A stretch of DNA of 64,000 nucleotides from an uncultured Gammaproteobacteria bacterium (GTDB taxonomy: Bacteria > Pseudomonadota > Gammaproteobacteria > JAURND01), in the NCBI GenBank assembly GCA_963714975.1, contig CAVQQD010000003.1:640001-704000 (forward strand), in the 5' to 3' direction. Shown piece after piece: positions 39,451 through 49,092 of the stretch. Each line of letters opens with the position of its first letter. The stretch's first letter is position 1. The position numbers and the translations under genes were made by a program. The notes under the pieces were generated by a model. The model made no database searches. It saw nothing but the letters and a program-made list of their open reading frames with translations, and was not told the DNA's origin.

Positions 39451-40568
39451 ATTTCGATATCTCAGGGTCAGGTGAAAGAATATTAGATAATTCTCCATCC
39501 TTAGAGGACATTGTTCCCTGCGATTGTTCAATTTCTTGGATAATTTTTAATGTATCATCTGGGTGCATTATCCAAGGAAATAAGCTGGATGGATCATCAA
39601 AACCATCCGCTAAGAGGTTGGCAATAGGCTGTGATCGGGAAGCTGCACTGAGTAATGCCACTACATGAGGTGCGGGTGGCATCAGCAAGAGATGCGACCA
39701 TTTCGTCGCCCATTTGCCGCAGAATTTCCAATACTGCTCAAAAGTGTCGTGCATCCATCGTTCATCAAAAGGTTTCTCTCCATGCTCTTGAATTTCTTTT
39801 GCATATAAATCAGCTGCTTTAATAGCATTATTCGCCCCTTGTCCGGCGATAGGATCATTAAGTACCACGATATCTCCTATGCCTAATGCCGATTTGCCAC
39901 AAGGCAAGCGAATGATAGGATGTCGCACTACGGGGGTATAGCTGCCTACTAATGTCGCTTGATTATCAGTAAGAACAGCTCTTTTACAGCGTTCAAATTG
40001 CCGAGGGATATAGGTCTGCAATAAATTCAGGGCTTTTTCCAGTCGTTGTGAGGGGTTCAAGTTATGCCAAACATCGAAAAGCCCCACCAGGGATGCCTTC
40101 AAACAGCATCATGTCACATGATCCGCTTAAAGTAAGTCCTGGCATAATAAAAAAATCACCTACTTCGGGGATAACGTGGGCATGTACCCCACTAAAATCT
40201 TGTTCGGGTTCCACACCATGCACATATAAACACGAAAGTATCCGTTGTGGCTTATCAAAATGAGAACGGACGCGATTTCGTGGAAACATTTTGCTAATCT
40301 CCCCCTTGCCGCCAGCCACCACGGTCAATTCATGCCATTTAGCAATAGTATTTAACCGTTCTGCCCCTACATCCTCTATATGTAGTGATCCACCACGGCG
40401 TTGAAATTCTTGCATCAAAGTAGAAAACTTTAAGCGTTGATCGACTGCTTGGTAGGGTTTTCTGGTGCGTCCTTTAAAAGATATTAAGGTTTTTTTTTCC
40501 TGTGGTTCGATTAATGAGAATGCTACGGTATTATTTTTAGGCGCTGATTTTTCCCAAAAATCAATCCC
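39434..40568 (-). pseudogene. Styrene/indole monooxygenase-family flavoprotein, 5'-truncated and frameshifted
   Basis: GIDFWE...QAVDQRLK...VAGGKGEI...FEGIPGG / FDVW...DIVVLNDPIAGQGANNA; one extra T near 40077-40080; no N-terminal GxGxxG. Confidence 0.8.
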
Positions 40569-40584
40569 TAAGGGGAGAAGGGAT
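40566..40584. repeat. Half family A palindrome at the truncation junction
   Basis: CCCTAAGGGGAGAAGGGAT; the other arm is missing (compare 55160-55185). Confidence 0.65.
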
Positions 40585-40588
40585 TTAT

Positions 40589-41761
40589 CTAATCCCCGCA
40601 GGCCGCTGCAAATGCAAAAATAGTCATCGCTTGATCGATTTCTGCCTCCGTGATGATATAAGGCGGTAAGAGGCGAATAGTATTATCCCCCGCAATATTC
40701 ACAATGAGGCCTTGTTCTTGACAAGAGGCCAGCACTTTTCGTGCATCAATGCTCAACTCCACGCCGAGCATAAGTCCGAGGCCACGGATTTGACTGATCA
40801 CATTGGGCTGGTGCTCTTGCAGTTCCTCGAGCTTTTGGCGTAAATATAAACCCAGTTTATTAACTTGTGCCAGGTAATGTTCCTTGATTAAGCGAATAGT
40901 TGTCAGAGCTGCTTGGCAGGCTACGAGGTTGCCTCCAAAGGTAGAGCCATGATCTCCAGGCTGGATAGTTTGTGCTAACTTTTCTGTGACACAGACGGCG
41001 CCAATGGGCAGGCCGTTAGCCAGGCCTTTAGCAAGGGTAATGACATCAGGCCTGACGCCAAAATGCGAGTAGGCAAAGAAATCCCCCGTGCGTCCTAAGC
41101 CACATTGCACTTCATCGAAAATTAATAGAGCGTCGAATTGATCACAGGCTGCACGGACGGCATTGAACAAACCCGCGGGAGGCACGCGAATGCCGCTTTC
41201 TCCTTGAATGGGCTCTAAAATGACCGCAGCCGTGTTTTCATCAATATGGCGACAAAATTCAGCAATATCCTCCCAATCTGCGGACAAAAAACCTGCAGGT
41301 AAAGGTCCAAATCCCTCTTGAATGCTGGGTTTGGCGGTAGCTGCTAAAGCCCCCAGAGTGCGGCCATGAAAGGAATTTTTAGCACTTAGAATGCAGTTTT
41401 TCTTGGTTCTACCCTGGACCCACTGATACTTACGCGTAAATTTAATCGCCGCTTCATTGGCTTCAGCTCCGGAATTGCAAAAAAAGATTTTGTCTAGACC
41501 CCCATATTGCACTAAGGTTGCGGCGAGGTGCTGACCAGGCAGGGTATGGAATAAATTGGAGGTATGCACTAACTGCTGCAATTGCTCGATAGCTGCTTGA
41601 TTCACTTCGGGGTGGCAATGGCCTAGAGGAGTGCAGGCAATGCCACTGAGAAAATCTAGATAGGCTTTACCCTCAGTGTCGTAAACATAGGCTCCCTTGC
41701 CGCGGACGAGGGTAATAGGGTAGCGTGCATAATTGCGTATTAAATAGGTTGCACTGTTCAT
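40589..41761 (-). CDS. argD: Acetylornithine aminotransferase
   Basis: FCNSGAEANE, SFHGRT, DEVQCGLGRTG, LAKGL, HGSTFGGN. Confidence 0.93.
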   Translation of the reverse strand: MNSATYLIRNYARYPITLVRGKGAYVYDTEGKAYLDFLSGIACTPLGHCHPEVNQAAIEQLQQLVHTSNLFHTLPGQHLAATLVQYGGLDKIFFCNSGAEANEAAIKFTRKYQWVQGRTKKNCILSAKNSFHGRTLGALAATAKPSIQEGFGPLPAGFLSADWEDIAEFCRHIDENTAAVILEPIQGESGIRVPPAGLFNAVRAACDQFDALLIFDEVQCGLGRTGDFFAYSHFGVRPDVITLAKGLANGLPIGAVCVTEKLAQTIQPGDHGSTFGGNLVACQAALTTIRLIKEHYLAQVNKLGLYLRQKLEELQEHQPNVISQIRGLGLMLGVELSIDARKVLASCQEQGLIVNIAGDNTIRLLPPYIITEAEIDQAMTIFAFAAACGD

Positions 41762-42636
41762 TGTAAAATCATCGTCCCTATACCTTGGTCAGTGAAAATT
41801 TCCAACAATAAACTGTGTTGAATGCGGCCATCTAAAATGTGCGCACAGTGAATTCCTTGCTGCAAAGCATACAGGCAGGCGCGTAACTTTGGAATCATGC
41901 CGCCAGTAATTTTGTTGGTTTGTAATAATTCTTCCACTATAGACCTGGTAATGGTGCTAATTCGCGTATTGGGATCCGTGGGGTCAGCATATAATCCATT
42001 CACATCACTGAGCAATACTAATTTCTCCGCCTGTAGTGCACCTGCAATAGCTCCGGCAACAAAATCCGCATTGATATTGTAACTGACGCCGTTTTGATCC
42101 ATGCCAATGGGCGCAATTACCGGTAGAAAATTTTTGTCGAGCAAGGTTTTTATCAGCGTGGTATCTACCTGCGCCACCTCTCCCACAAAACCAAGGTCCA
42201 CTGCAGCTTGAGCGCCTTGTGTCGCGGGCTCTGCCTTGCGTGCTTGTAAAAAGCCAGCATCTAATCCAGAAAGACCCACCGCTTGCACGCGATGCGTATT
42301 TAACATCTTGACTAGACTGGCATTTACTTTACCTAGCAGCACCATTTGGGTGACTGCCATAGTTTCCTCATCGGTAATGCGCAGCCCTTGATGGAATTTC
42401 ACGGGTAATTGCAGGCGTTCACAATGTTGCGATATTTCTGGCCCGCCACCATGGACAATGACGATACGCATACCACAAAAATGCAGCAAGGCAATATTTT
42501 GCATCACATTTTTTAATGGCCCTGTATCTGTCATCGCAGCACCGCCATATTTAATTACCACGATTTTTCCATAAAAGCGTTGGATGTACGGCAATGCCTC
42601 GACTAAATTCGCTGCTTTATAGGTTGGTTCTTGCAT
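41758..42636 (-). CDS. argB: Acetylglutamate kinase
   Basis: EALPYI, VIKYGGAAM, VHGGGP, NINAD, GGMIPK. Confidence 0.95.
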   Translation of the reverse strand: MQEPTYKAANLVEALPYIQRFYGKIVVIKYGGAAMTDTGPLKNVMQNIALLHFCGMRIVIVHGGGPEISQHCERLQLPVKFHQGLRITDEETMAVTQMVLLGKVNASLVKMLNTHRVQAVGLSGLDAGFLQARKAEPATQGAQAAVDLGFVGEVAQVDTTLIKTLLDKNFLPVIAPIGMDQNGVSYNINADFVAGAIAGALQAEKLVLLSDVNGLYADPTDPNTRISTITRSIVEELLQTNKITGGMIPKLRACLYALQQGIHCAHILDGRIQHSLLLEIFTDQGIGTMILQ

Positions 42637-42644
42637 AAAAAATC

Positions 42645-43934
42645 TCAGCTTCGATACGAAGCGTTAATGTGGATGTATCCCGGCGTCAAATCACATCCCC
42701 AGGCGGTCGATTCTCCCGCGCCGATCCCTAAATCAATATGAAAGATTACAGTTTTTTCTTTCAATAAATTTCGCGCCAAATCTTCGTCAAATGGCAGTGG
42801 TTTACCCTCGTGAAATAAAGGCAGGTAAGATAAATCCCCCTTACCCTCCTTTTCCAAAGGGGGGTGATTTAAAGCAATACTCATGCGATTTAAATCAAGC
42901 TGTGCTCCCGAGCTTCCAACGGCCGAAGCAATCCGTCCCCAATTGGCATCTTCACCAAAAACTGCGGTTTTTACTAAAGGAGAACGGCAAACCGCCCGTG
43001 CTGCCAGGCGCGCTTCTTCGGTATTGACAGCACCTTTCACCTGAACTTCAATTAATTTTGTTGCACCTTCACCATCTTTAGCAATTTCCTTGGCTAAATG
43101 AATACAGACAAAATTTAGAGCCTGGTAAAATGCCTGCCATTCCGTCGAATCGGTGCTAGTGATTTCGAGATTGCCACAAGCACCATTTGCCAGCATTAAT
43201 ACCATATCATTCGTCGAGCTATCGCCATCGACAGTAATCATGTTGAATGAATCGGCATTGATTTGGCTTAGAGCAGTTTGTAACGCGGATTGATTGATAG
43301 CCACATCGGTGGTAATAAAAGCTAACATCGTCGCCATCATCGGATGGATCATTCCCGAGCCTTTGGCAATTCCGCCAATGCGACCGCGTTTCCCACCCAG
43401 CGCAAATTCCACAGCAATTGTTTTGGTAAACGTATCCGTGGTTAAAATGGCTTTTGCCGCACTCTCTGCGGCAGCGTCGTCCTGGCATGGATGCCAGGAT
43501 CCAGTCCGCAAGGATGTGAGGGTATTTATTTTTGTGGTCAGGCTGGCAATCCCCGCAGAAATTTTCGCCATTGGCAATGGCACACCAATCACTCCCGTAC
43601 TCGCCACCGCGACGGTTTCAGGAGTCATACCTAAGGCAGTGGCAGTTAGAGTGGCCATTTGGCGCGTATCTGTCATTCCTTGCTGACCGGTGCAGGCATT
43701 GGCATTGCCGCTGTTAATCACAATAGCCTGCAGCGGTTGTAGCAGACACTGTTGCGACCAAAGCACAGGGGCTGCTTTCGCTTGATTACAGGTAAAAACC
43801 CCCGCCGCAACAGCGGGAGTTTGGCTATATATTAGCGCCATATCATCTTTATGTGAGCGCCGTTTAATGCCCGCATGGGTACTTGCGGCAAGAAAACCTT
43901 GGGGGGCACAAATGCTGTTGGTAAGCAATTTCAT
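42645..43934 (-). CDS. argJ: Ornithine acetyltransferase with two in-frame palindrome insertions
   Basis: NSGNANACTG, STGVIG, TTDT, KGSGMIHP.MATML, DGDSSTND, WGCDLT. Confidence 0.95.
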   Translation of the reverse strand: MKLLTNSICAPQGFLAASTHAGIKRRSHKDDMALIYSQTPAVAAGVFTCNQAKAAPVLWSQQCLLQPLQAIVINSGNANACTGQQGMTDTRQMATLTATALGMTPETVAVASTGVIGVPLPMAKISAGIASLTTKINTLTSLRTGSWHPCQDDAAAESAAKAILTTDTFTKTIAVEFALGGKRGRIGGIAKGSGMIHPMMATMLAFITTDVAINQSALQTALSQINADSFNMITVDGDSSTNDMVLMLANGACGNLEITSTDSTEWQAFYQALNFVCIHLAKEIAKDGEGATKLIEVQVKGAVNTEEARLAARAVCRSPLVKTAVFGEDANWGRIASAVGSSGAQLDLNRMSIALNHPPLEKEGKGDLSYLPLFHEGKPLPFDEDLARNLLKEKTVIFHIDLGIGAGESTAWGCDLTPGYIHINASYRS

Positions 43935-43942
43935 AGCAGTTC

Positions 43943-44992
43943 CTAGGGGTAAAGGCTGATGAGAGAGGTTAATCCCGTCGTTTCGGGAAGGCCAGATAAT
44001 AAATTGAAGTTTTGCACGGCTTGTCCAGCGGCACCCTTGACTAAATTATCAATAGCACTGATGACAATCACGCGTTGGGTTCTGGGATCGACAAAGACGT
44101 TGAGGTCGCAATAATTAGTGCCCAAAGTATTTTTAGTTTGCGGCATTTCATCAGCAGCATAGAGGCGAATAAAAGGCTTGTTTTTATAGTAATTTTGATA
44201 GTGCTGACGGATCTCTTCAGGGCTGACCTGAGTAGTTAATTTAAAATAGGCAGTGACTAATAAGCCTCGAATCATTGGCACGAGGTGAGGGGTAAACTGA
44301 ATGCAAATGTTTTCCTGAGCAATATGACTTAGCATTTGTTCAATTTCGGGAGTATGGCGGTGCAGTCCAGCCACCTGATAGGGCTTAATATTTTCGGTTG
44401 CTTCGCAAAAATGGCTAGTTAAAGCCAAAGATCGTCCTGCTCCCGATACGCCAGATTTGGCATCAAAAATAATTTCGTGTAGGTCAATCATGCCGAGTTT
44501 TAATAAGGGTAGGGCGCTGAGAATACAGGCAGTGGCATAGCAGCCTGGATTGGCAATTAATCGGGCTGACGCGATTGCCTCAGTATTGCCGGCTTCAGGA
44601 AGTCCATACACCGCTTGTTCGAGCAGCGCAGAAGGCGCGGGCGTGTTGTGATACCACTTGGTGTAATCGTCAGGATTTTTGAGCCGGAAATCGGCGCCTA
44701 GATCAATAACTCGAACCCCTGCAGCGAGTAATTCTTCGGTAATTTTTGCAGCATGTCCATGGGGTAGGCATAAAAAAGCGAGTTCACAACGCGAGGCTAT
44801 TTGTGCGGCATCAATTTTCTCACCGTATAAATCGCTGTGATTTTTTAAATGCGGATACACGTTGGCGAGCGGCTGCCCGACATAGCTTTCAGTGCCTGCA
44901 TAGGTTATTTTTACCTGCGGATGCAACTGGAGAATGCGCAATAACTCAATTCCCGTATATCCAGTAGCACCCACAATGCCGATATTAATCAT
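43943..44992 (-). CDS. argC: N-acetyl-gamma-glutamyl-phosphate reductase
   Basis: GATGYTG, ANPGCY, SGVSGAG, DNLVKGAAGQAVQN; true start ATG 44992, the upstream extension lies in a hairpin element. Confidence 0.95.
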   Translation of the reverse strand: MINIGIVGATGYTGIELLRILQLHPQVKITYAGTESYVGQPLANVYPHLKNHSDLYGEKIDAAQIASRCELAFLCLPHGHAAKITEELLAAGVRVIDLGADFRLKNPDDYTKWYHNTPAPSALLEQAVYGLPEAGNTEAIASARLIANPGCYATACILSALPLLKLGMIDLHEIIFDAKSGVSGAGRSLALTSHFCEATENIKPYQVAGLHRHTPEIEQMLSHIAQENICIQFTPHLVPMIRGLLVTAYFKLTTQVSPEEIRQHYQNYYKNKPFIRLYAADEMPQTKNTLGTNYCDLNVFVDPRTQRVIVISAIDNLVKGAAGQAVQNFNLLSGLPETTGLTSLISLYP

Positions 44993-45047
44993 AATTTCTC
45001 TCCGCTTCCTCGGCTTTAATTCTGGCAGACCCTGATTCTGGCCGACC

Positions 45048-45284
45048 CTGCCGAAGGGGGACCGCGTGAAGAATCCGCATGCTCGTAACTTCAAAGCCAG
45101 GAATTCCCGCTGAAACCCTGTTCTCTGACGGGTCCTGCCGCTGCGGCCACCCCACCGTGCTCGTTCCTGCGCGCGCTGGGGTCCCCGCCTCCGCGTCACC
45201 CGTCAGTCACATTACGGAGGAGCGAGAATACCTGGCTTTGAAGTTACGAGCATGCGGATTCTTCACGCGGTCCCCCTTCGGCAG
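45048..45284 (-). repeat. Family D rod-like hairpin, copy 2
   Basis: 54-bp perfect inverted arms (45048-45101 / 45231-45284) enclosing the conserved core. Confidence 0.9.
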
Positions 45285-45368
45285 TACCTCTCCGCCATCC
45301 ATTTCACCTCCTCGTTCTGGGTTCGGTTCTATTCGCGGTCGCAATAATTTTCTTGCTTTTTAATGTGG

Positions 45369-45406
45369 CGTGAATAATAATTCAAAAAATTGCATAAATA
45401 TTCAAA
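45369..45406. promoter_or_regulatory. Tandem ARG boxes (ArgR/AhrC operator)
   Basis: cgTGAATaataATTCAaa-N2-atTGCATaaatATTCAaa between divergent argC and argF. Confidence 0.85.
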
Positions 45407-45513
45407 CATAGCTTAACCATAAATGCAAGAAGTAATTCCTAATGGTTGAAGGTGGCTGAGAGGTAACAAGCCAGTGGGTATGGCGCAAGGGCAACTATGC
45501 CGCGCATATGATT

Positions 45514-45693
45514 CCAAGGAAAGCAGCTTTGGCGTAGCAATTCCCGCTCTTCCCTAGTGTGATCAACGGGTGACGCGGAGGCGGGGACCCCAGCGCGCGC
45601 AGGAACGAGCACGGTGGGGTGGCCGCAGCGGCAGGGCCCGTTGGGGAGCAGGGTTTTCGGCGGGAATTGCTACGCCAAAGCTGCTTTCCTTGG
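45514..45693 (+). repeat. Family D rod-like hairpin, copy 3
   Basis: 34-bp perfect arms (45514-45547 / 45660-45693); the inner ~130 bp is the inverted homolog of copy 2. Confidence 0.9.
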
Positions 45694-45755
45694 GATCGCG
45701 CGCGGCAGGCCCCCCGAAGGCAAACTGATGGGAGGCACAAACTGAGGAAAAAATT

Positions 45756-46664
45756 ATGACTATACGACATTGTTTAACAGGTGAAGAATTTAGCCCTGCG
45801 GAAATTACTGCTCTTTTGCAGCAGGCGGCCGAGTTAAAAGCCATACGGGTGAAAGGGGAATTCCAGCCGTACTTAAAATTTCAGCAGTTAGCGCTATTGT
45901 TTGATAAGCCCTCCTTGCGTACCCGTTTTAGTTTCACCGTTGCTATGCGTGAACTCGGGGGGGATGTGATCGAAAGCCTAATCGACACCCGGAAGCCCGA
46001 AGAACCAGAAGACCAAGCTCGAGTGTTAGCCGGATATTGTCATGCCATTATGGTACGTACGCATGAAGATGCTAGCTTACAACGCATGAGCCAAGTTTCT
46101 TCCATCCCGATCATCAATGGGCTTTCCAATCTGCACCATCCCTGCCAAATTTTGGCTGATTTATTAACCTTAAAAGAAGCATTTAATACTCTATCAGGTC
46201 TTAGGCTTAGCTATGTGGGTGATGGTAATAATGTGTTACATAGTTTATTACTACTAGCGCCTGCTGTCGGTATCACAGTACATTATGCCTGTCCGGAAAA
46301 TCGTCAACCTGATCCAGCAATTTTGGCACGTGCAAAAGATCGCGCGCCAGGAAAGATTCAGGGTTTCCAAACGCCACAGGAAGCAGTTGTTGGGGCTAAT
46401 GCAGTGTACACTGATGTTTGGATTAGTATGGGCTTTGAAAATCAAGTGGATGAAGCGCATTTTGCGGCTTTTCAGGTGAACGAAGACCTGATGCAACTAG
46501 CCGATGCAAAAGCCGTTTTTATGCATTGTTTGCCCATGGTGCGGGGTAAGGAAGTCAGTCATAGCTTGCCTGATTCGCCTTGTTCCGTTATTTTTCAACA
46601 AAGTGAAAATCGCTTACATGTACAAAAAGCGTTACTGCTAAAACTGTTAAACTTGGAGAAATAG
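45756..46664 (+). CDS. argF: Ornithine carbamoyltransferase
   Basis: [28 protein letters not shown]. Confidence 0.93.
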   Translation: MTIRHCLTGEEFSPAEITALLQQAAELKAIRVKGEFQPYLKFQQLALLFDKPSLRTRFSFTVAMRELGGDVIESLIDTRKPEEPEDQARVLAGYCHAIMVRTHEDASLQRMSQVSSIPIINGLSNLHHPCQILADLLTLKEAFNTLSGLRLSYVGDGNNVLHSLLLLAPAVGITVHYACPENRQPDPAILARAKDRAPGKIQGFQTPQEAVVGANAVYTDVWISMGFENQVDEAHFAAFQVNEDLMQLADAKAVFMHCLPMVRGKEVSHSLPDSPCSVIFQQSENRLHVQKALLLKLLNLEK

Positions 46665-46665
46665 A

Positions 46666-47871
46666 ATGAAAAAAGTTATCTTAGCTTACTCAGGTGGATT
46701 GGATACCTCATGCGCCATTCGCTGGTTACAAGAACAATATCATTATGATGTGGTTGCTGTAGCAATGGATGTGGGAGAGGGAAAAGAACTGCAACCCATT
46801 CAACAAAAAGCCTTACAAGTTGGGGCGATTCAATCCTATGTAGTAGAGGTTCAAGAGGAATTTGCGCGTGATTTTTTATTGCCTGCCTTACAAGCCAATG
46901 CCCTATACGAGGGTGTTTATCCTTTGGTTTCAGCCCTATCGCGCCCGTTGATTGCACAAAAATTGGTGGAAATTGCTGAGCAAGAACAGGCTGTTGCTGT
47001 CGCGCATGGCTGTACTGGTAAAGGCAATGACCAAGTCCGTTTTGATGTCAGTATTCATACTTTAGCGCCACATTTACAAATCATTGCACCCCAGCGAGAA
47101 AATCCCACTTCACGTGAAGAAGCGATTGCTTATGCCACAGCCCACGGTATTCCTTTGCCGGTGGATTTAAAAAATCCGTTTAGTATCGACCAAAATCTTT
47201 GGGGGCGGAGTTGTGAGTGCGGGGTATTGGAGGATTCCTGGGCTGAACCTCCCGAAGAAGCTTATGCCCTAACCGCTTCTCTCGCCAATGCGCCCGATGC
47301 TGCTGAAGAAGTGACGCTTGAGTTTACCCAGGGGGTGCCAGTTGCACTCAATGGCCAATCCATGGCCTTGGCGCCATTGATCCATGAACTCAACCGTCTG
47401 GCAGGTAGGCATGGAGTAGGGCGGATTGATCATATTGAAAATCGATTAGTAGGCATTAAATCTCGTGAAGTGTACGAGGCGCCAGCAGCTATGACCTTAA
47501 TTGCCGCCCATCGTGCTTTAGAGGCTTTAACTTTGACGCGTGAAGTCGCTCATTTTAAGCCGCTCATTGAGCAACGTTTTGCGAATGTGATTTATGAAGG
47601 TTTATGGTTCTCGCCGCTACGCACTGCCCTGCAAGCCTTTATTCAGGAAACCCAGCGTTCAGTGACAGGCACGGTGCGCATTAAATTGCATAAAGGACAT
47701 GCTCGCGTGGTGGGCCGTCGTTCGCCGTATTCGCTGTATTCGCAGGATTTGGCGACTTACACCGCGCAAGATCAGTTCGATCATCATGCCGCTTTGGGCT
47801 TTATAAAACTATGGGGACTGCCAACCCAGTTGGCCTATGAGATGACTAAGAGCCTGTTTAAAGTCTTTTAA
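46666..47871 (+). CDS. argG: Argininosuccinate synthase
   Basis: [34 protein letters not shown]. Confidence 0.97.
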   Translation: MKKVILAYSGGLDTSCAIRWLQEQYHYDVVAVAMDVGEGKELQPIQQKALQVGAIQSYVVEVQEEFARDFLLPALQANALYEGVYPLVSALSRPLIAQKLVEIAEQEQAVAVAHGCTGKGNDQVRFDVSIHTLAPHLQIIAPQRENPTSREEAIAYATAHGIPLPVDLKNPFSIDQNLWGRSCECGVLEDSWAEPPEEAYALTASLANAPDAAEEVTLEFTQGVPVALNGQSMALAPLIHELNRLAGRHGVGRIDHIENRLVGIKSREVYEAPAAMTLIAAHRALEALTLTREVAHFKPLIEQRFANVIYEGLWFSPLRTALQAFIQETQRSVTGTVRIKLHKGHARVVGRRSPYSLYSQDLATYTAQDQFDHHAALGFIKLWGLPTQLAYEMTKSLFKVF

Positions 47872-47900
47872 AGTGAGGATATTACAATTCGCTGTGAACA

Positions 47901-47956
47901 GGCCCTGCGGCGGCCTCTCCCACAAGGGGAGAGGAAAAATTGTGGTGAATAGTTAC
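47901..47956. repeat. Family A element followed by a lone GTGAATAGTTAC end
   Basis: CCTCTCCCACAAGGGGAGAGG; the TAGTTAC end matches that of the 23234 MITE. Confidence 0.65.
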
Positions 47957-48444
47957 TAACAACCTATAAAAGAAGGGCAACAACTTTCTTTGTCATCGTG
48001 TTCTTTCTGTAGGCCAACAAGATCATTAATGTTCTGGCCATTCATGCCAAAAGTATCCTTCAAGGTTTGTTCAGCATTTTGCGCTTTCTTATGAAGATGT
48101 AGAGCCCAAAGCAACACAAGTAGTGCTGCAAAAGCAAGCACGCCAACGGCTACTGGATCAAGATTCGTTACCTGAGAGTGTGTAATAGGATTAGCAGGAT
48201 CAGTATTGTCGATGTAGGTTTGTGTATAAGACAGTAATGGATCACCAGCTCTCAAATAATTCTCTAGAGTTGCCGCGCTCATACCAGCTAAAAGCGAACC
48301 AAAAGTAGGAGACTTCCATGTGGGACCGTTGGCTATAGCTTTAACCAAGTCGCGCGCATTAACAGATTCCCCAGTTGGAGTGTCTCTATTAAGGTCAGCT
48401 ATTTGGTCTAGAGATCGATATGTTACTCTAGGTTGACGTGGCAT
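47956..48444 (-). CDS. Hypothetical single-TM protein, candidate effector
   Basis: GGAGG RBS before ATG 48444; one hydrophobic segment; ends EHDDKESCCPSFIGC; PmrA-type box upstream. Confidence 0.65.
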   Translation of the reverse strand: MPRQPRVTYRSLDQIADLNRDTPTGESVNARDLVKAIANGPTWKSPTFGSLLAGMSAATLENYLRAGDPLLSYTQTYIDNTDPANPITHSQVTNLDPVAVGVLAFAALLVLLWALHLHKKAQNAEQTLKDTFGMNGQNINDLVGLQKEHDDKESCCPSFIGC

Positions 48445-48483
48445 TTTACCTCCAAAATTATAAGTAGTTTCAGATAATTGCAC

Positions 48484-48516
48484 ACTATATCATGCCAAGC
48501 TTAAAGAAGTGTTAAT
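48484..48516 (-). promoter_or_regulatory. PmrA-type box with -10 element
   Basis: Minus strand aTTAAcacT-N2-tTTAAgctT-N7-TATAGT. Confidence 0.55.
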
Positions 48517-48527
48517 TGCTGTCAAAT

Positions 48528-48913
48528 TTGGGTGTAATTAAAACTGCGGTCAGAAGATCCCAGAAGCGTGCACGAATAATGCCGGCATCACTTGAGCAGG
48601 GCGATGAGGCCGTAGGTAACTCGGCCTGTGGGGATCCGCCTACTGCGGCACCCCACCATGCTCGCAGGGGATGAGCAACAAATCACCGATTCTATGAACC
48701 AAGGTCAAACATCAAGTTCATAGCCATACAAGCCTGCTGCCGCGTGAAAAGGAATTTGTTGCTCATCCCCGTGCTGCGCATGGTTGGGGGCTCGCCTCCG
48801 TGGCACCTCCTCGGCCGATTTACCTACGGCGCCTCATCGCCCTGCTCAAGTGATGCCGGCATTATTCGTGCACGCTTCTGGGATCTTCTGACCGCAGTTT
48901 TAATTACACCCCA
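48528..48913 (-). repeat. Family D rod-like hairpin, copy 4 (386 bp)
   Basis: 83-bp perfect arms (48528-48610 / 48831-48913), a further imperfect stem, a split core and an inner 17-bp stem GGGGATGAGCAACAAAT / ATTTGTTGCTCATCCCC. Confidence 0.9.
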
Positions 48914-49092
48914 ATTCTTAGCAGGTTGAATATGGCCGAAAAACACGGTAGACAGGGTTTAAGCTGAAACGTAATATACGTAACGGTGAAATCAGCGATC
49001 AAAATGCTTTGGATAATTCTCAATTATCCCAACAACCGGAAGGAAAAACGGGTTGCTCGCGCGGCATGAGCCGCAGGCGGGTGGAGAAAATT

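Noticed and set aside
44993-45199. 69-aa N-terminal extension of ArgC
   Set aside because: It lies largely within a family D hairpin, and a good RBS precedes ATG 44992 where homology begins.
45514-45693. T-box or known riboswitch in the arg leaders
   Set aside because: No GGTGGNACC T-box motif and no U-tailed terminator/antiterminator; the same core also occurs in the feo operon.
45079-45844. ORFs 45079..45363, 45495..45770 and 45563..45844
   Set aside because: Stop-poor reading of GC-rich palindromes with no protein features; the same applies to 48744..48929, 7983..8285 and 8078..8404.
47845-47905. Possible IS5-type MITE (AGCCTGTTTA...TGAACAGGCC) overlapping the argG stop
   Set aside because: Short imperfect inverted repeat with no clear target duplication; too weak to call.
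47956-47985. CaaX prenylation motif on the orphan protein
   Set aside because: It ends SCCPSFIGC, with cysteine last rather than at -4; other lipidation cannot be judged from sequence.
48528-48913. Integron attC site or retron msr-msd
   Set aside because: No RYYYAAC/GTTRRRY ends or cassette array, and no integrase or reverse transcriptase in the window.
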